DNA from: Gracilinanus agilis
Taxonomy: Eukaryota
Assembly: GCF_016433145.1 (NCBI RefSeq)
Contig: NC_058131.1
Location: 86,387,756-86,451,755, forward strand
DNA length: 64,000 nucleotides
Direction of reading: 5' to 3'
The position numbers and the translations under genes were made by a program. This document shows positions 61,205 to 64,000 of this stretch, piece after piece (position 1 is the stretch's first letter; each line of letters starts with the position of its first letter). A model generated the notes under the pieces. It saw only the letters and a list, made by a program, of their open reading frames with translations. It made no database searches and had not been told where the DNA came from.

Positions 61205-61450
61205 GCTATTTGTTGTTAAGTATTTCAGTCATGCTTAATTCTTTGTGACCCCATTTGGAATTTTCTCTGCAAAGATGGAGTAATTTGCCATTTCCTTCTC
61301 CAGCTCATTTTATAGATGAGGAAATAGACTTTAAAAAAGGTTAAATGACTTGCCCAGGGTCACACAGCTAGCACGTGTCTGAGGCCAGATTTGAACTCAA
61401 GTCTTCCTGACTCCAGTCATAGGTCTCCATCCACTGTGCCACCTAGCTGC
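61205..61450 (-). mobile_element. MAR1-type SINE
   Basis: tttgtgaccccatttgg...gccatttccttctccagctcattttatagatgagg...ccactgtgccacctagctgc. Confidence 0.92.
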
Positions 61451-62319
61451 TTCATTTAAGCTAAGTGAGGATGATGGTCATGTTGCTTGAAAAAACATAA
61501 GCGTTTGGAAGCTTACAAGCAAAAAGAACAGGACAAGCCCTCCTCCTTTTTTAAATTTTTCCCTCACCATCAAAATGAGCAGCACTAAAGTCTTTGCGCT
61601 GGAACAGTCCTCATGTTTAAGTGATTTTTTCCTCTGAGGCAGGTTAAGCAAAGGAAAAAAGACACACAGAACAAATCTCATACTAGGTCTTGTGTGCCAT
61701 TATCCATCAGGCACCATGAGGATATTCCAGATGAGAGAATTGGCTTTGCTGACTTCCTCATGAGATCACTGTCAGTGGTAGGGAAAGAGCCAGGGCTGCT
61801 CTCTGTGTGTGGCTCAGAGATGAGGTCAGACTCACTTCCATATTTCCACCCATGTCTGTCTGAGATCATTAGATCATCGTCAGCTCTTCACTATAGACTC
61901 CCAGGCAATACCAATTTACTGGCAAAGTGTCTGCAGTAAGAGAGACTTGAGCAGAGGGTCTAATGTCATTGTCAGGGACCTCAGCTCAGGCCATTTTGCC
62001 TTCAATGCTCTGACATTTCAATGAAAATAGCATCTCCCAAAGTTGTGTTTTCCCAATTCTCCACCAGATGTTTCCTTCAGCAAGTTAGGGGAGATTATAT
62101 CTTATAGGAAAAAGAGCAAAACACGGTGATATGTAAATATAACGGATTATTATTGTACCACGCACACACAAAAAAGCAAAACCAGGAAGAATTTAAAGAA
62201 ATTTGTGAAGGTTTTTATGAACTGATGCAGATTATTTCACTCTGAGGACACTTCAAACGCAAAAAAATTCTTGAATCTGAGCAATGCAATAACTAATCAT
62301 AACTTCAAATCTAAATTTA

Positions 62320-62681
62320 TCATCTACATCTATCTATGCCTATATCTATAGTTATATAAGCATACATATTTACCTATTTATATCTATTTTCATATATCTG
62401 TATCTATTTATCTACATATATCTAGCTATCTCCATGTATCTACATCTATATTTATCTACATCTATATTTATCTATCTGCATATATCTATATTTATATTGA
62501 TCTATACATCTATAATTATCTATATCTTTCTACATATACCTATACTAATCTATTTATAATTAATCTATGATTTTATCTTTCTCCATAGATATCTATATCA
62601 TGTTTATATCTGTATCTGCATGTATTTTGGATATATATGTACATATATATGTGTGTGTGTATATATATATAATAAACATAT

Positions 62682-62712
<31 letters not shown>
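62320..62712. repeat. Degenerate (TATC)n/(TA)n low-complexity tract
   Basis: Direct reading. Confidence 0.9.
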
Positions 62713-62713
<1 letters not shown>

Positions 62714-63128
62714 CAGTTTTTTAAAAGAAAATCAGGAACTTTTCCTGTTACTTTGATCAATTTAGATGAGGTTTGGCAATTTGTGAGAATCAATGTCACA
62801 ATCATACATAAGTCAGTTTTCAATATTTGTGGGAAGGAAAACAAAATGCTGATGCTTTGAGGAAGGGGAGAAGAATAGTGGCAAGTGGGTGGTTTATGTG
62901 AAACTTTTGTGGTACAGTTGACACTCAGGAGATATTTTTTTGTCTTTTATGAAATTGGTGAGAATTTCATCACCACCCTACGAGATAGAAGAGAATTTTT
63001 TAACTTAGTCAGCTTCAGCATAATTTAATAACATAAAGTGTTTACACAGTGGCTAACTCTATGTACTTGGCCAATAGTTCGAAATAAAGGAGGAGCAATA
63101 TTATTGTGGATTTAACTGTATAATTTTT

Positions 63129-63305
63129 TTTATACCCTTGTATTTTGGTGTATTGTCTCATAGGTGGAAGATTGGTAAGGGTGGGCAATGGGGGTCAAGT
63201 GACTTGCCCAGGGTCACACAGCTGGGAAGTGGCTGAGGCCGGGTTTGAACCCAGGACCTGTCTCTAGGCCTGACTCTCACTCCACTGAGCTACCCAGCTG
63301 CCCCC
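63129..63305 (-). mobile_element. SINE1_Mdo, youngest-looking subfamily, with TSD
   Basis: Tail (sense) ccttaccaatcttccacctatgagacaatacacc; perfect 17-bp TSD ttaactgtataattttt at 63112-63128 and 63306-63322. Confidence 0.96.
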
Positions 63306-63324
63306 TTAACTGTATAATTTTTAA

Positions 63325-63640
63325 TTAATCAATTAACAAGTATTTTTAAAGTGTCTACTATGTGCCAGGCACTGTTATGCATATAGGGCAAACAACAGAA
63401 AACTGAAACAGTTTCTGCTCTCTAAAAACTTCATTTTTAACTGGGGGAAACAACATGTACATACATCAGTGGAAACAGTTACATACATATCATGAAATTT
63501 TGTATATATGTATCAATATATGAATACCTATAGAAGTGTATGTGTTTATTTTATAGACATATAAAAGTACAAAATACAAGTTAACTTCAGGGGCACTCAC
63601 TAGTAGCTAGGGAGATCAGGAAGGTATGTAGGTAAGCTAA
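63325..63640 (-). mobile_element. L2 3' end
   Basis: aacaagtatttttaaagtgtctactatgtgccaggcactg. Confidence 0.8.
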
Positions 63641-63784
63641 GAATTCTATGCTAGGGAGTGGGGATACAATAACAAAAATTTAAAAGATCACATCATGCCA
63701 TTCCCCTGCTGCGTAAACTTCAGTACCATCTTCTTCTTTAAAATAAAAACAAAAACAAACATAGAAACAAACAAAAAAACACAG

Positions 63785-63959
63785 CCCTACCTTCCATCTT
63801 AGAATCAATATTATGTATTGGTTCCAAGGCAGAAGAATAGTAAGGGTTAAGCAATGGGGGTTAAGTGACTTGCCCAGGGTCACAAAGCTAGGAAGTATCT
63901 GAGGCCAAATTGGAACCCAAGACCTCCTGTCTCTACCACTGAGCTACCTAGCTGCCTCC
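63785..63959 (-). mobile_element. SINE1_Mdo-type SINE with internal deletion
   Basis: ccttccatcttagaatcaata...gcaatgggggttaagtgacttgcccagg...ccactgagctacctagctgcc. Confidence 0.9.
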
Positions 63960-64000
63960 AAGAGCTCTAACTCTAACTCTAGGGTCTTAACTCTAGGATC

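Noticed and set aside
61678-61939. Overlapping ORFs on both strands (MISDRHGWKY..., MPLSIRHHED...) in GC-richer unique DNA
   Set aside because: The minus ORF is bounded by stops with no usable acceptor; neither peptide is recognisable; the plus-strand splice sites are weak. It may be a conserved noncoding segment, but I cannot support a CDS.
1-64000. CRISPR arrays, operons, defence systems, intact transposase or reverse transcriptase ORFs
   Set aside because: No repeat-spacer arrays and no credible long ORFs; the sequence is mammalian noncoding DNA with only non-autonomous or decayed elements.

Overview
AT-rich, CpG-poor marsupial genomic DNA, most likely the opossum Monodelphis domestica or a close didelphid. 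The basis is SINE1_Mdo-type and MAR1-type SINEs recognised from memory of their consensus sequences. The window looks intronic or intergenic. It is dominated by fossil MIR/MIR3, L2 and L3/CR1 fragments, 5'-truncated L1 3' ends, younger tRNA/CORE SINEs (several with clean target-site duplications), hAT/Charlie-type MITEs, microsatellites and six N gaps. None of the listed ORFs is a credible protein-coding gene: they come from gaps, simple repeats or chance. No prokaryotic-type systems, tRNA/rRNA genes or CRISPR arrays are seen. The most interesting unexplained signal is a set of tiny minus-strand segments with strong splice sites (28, 20, 8/5 and 21 nt, plus a putative last exon near 634). Four of them can be joined in frame into VLINKTKAAALSSDVQQDRGTMSEVDEGSG*, which may be the microexon-rich 3' end of a large gene. 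I cannot name the gene, and this remains a hypothesis. Repeat boundaries and family names were assigned by eye and are approximate unless a TSD or TIR is quoted.
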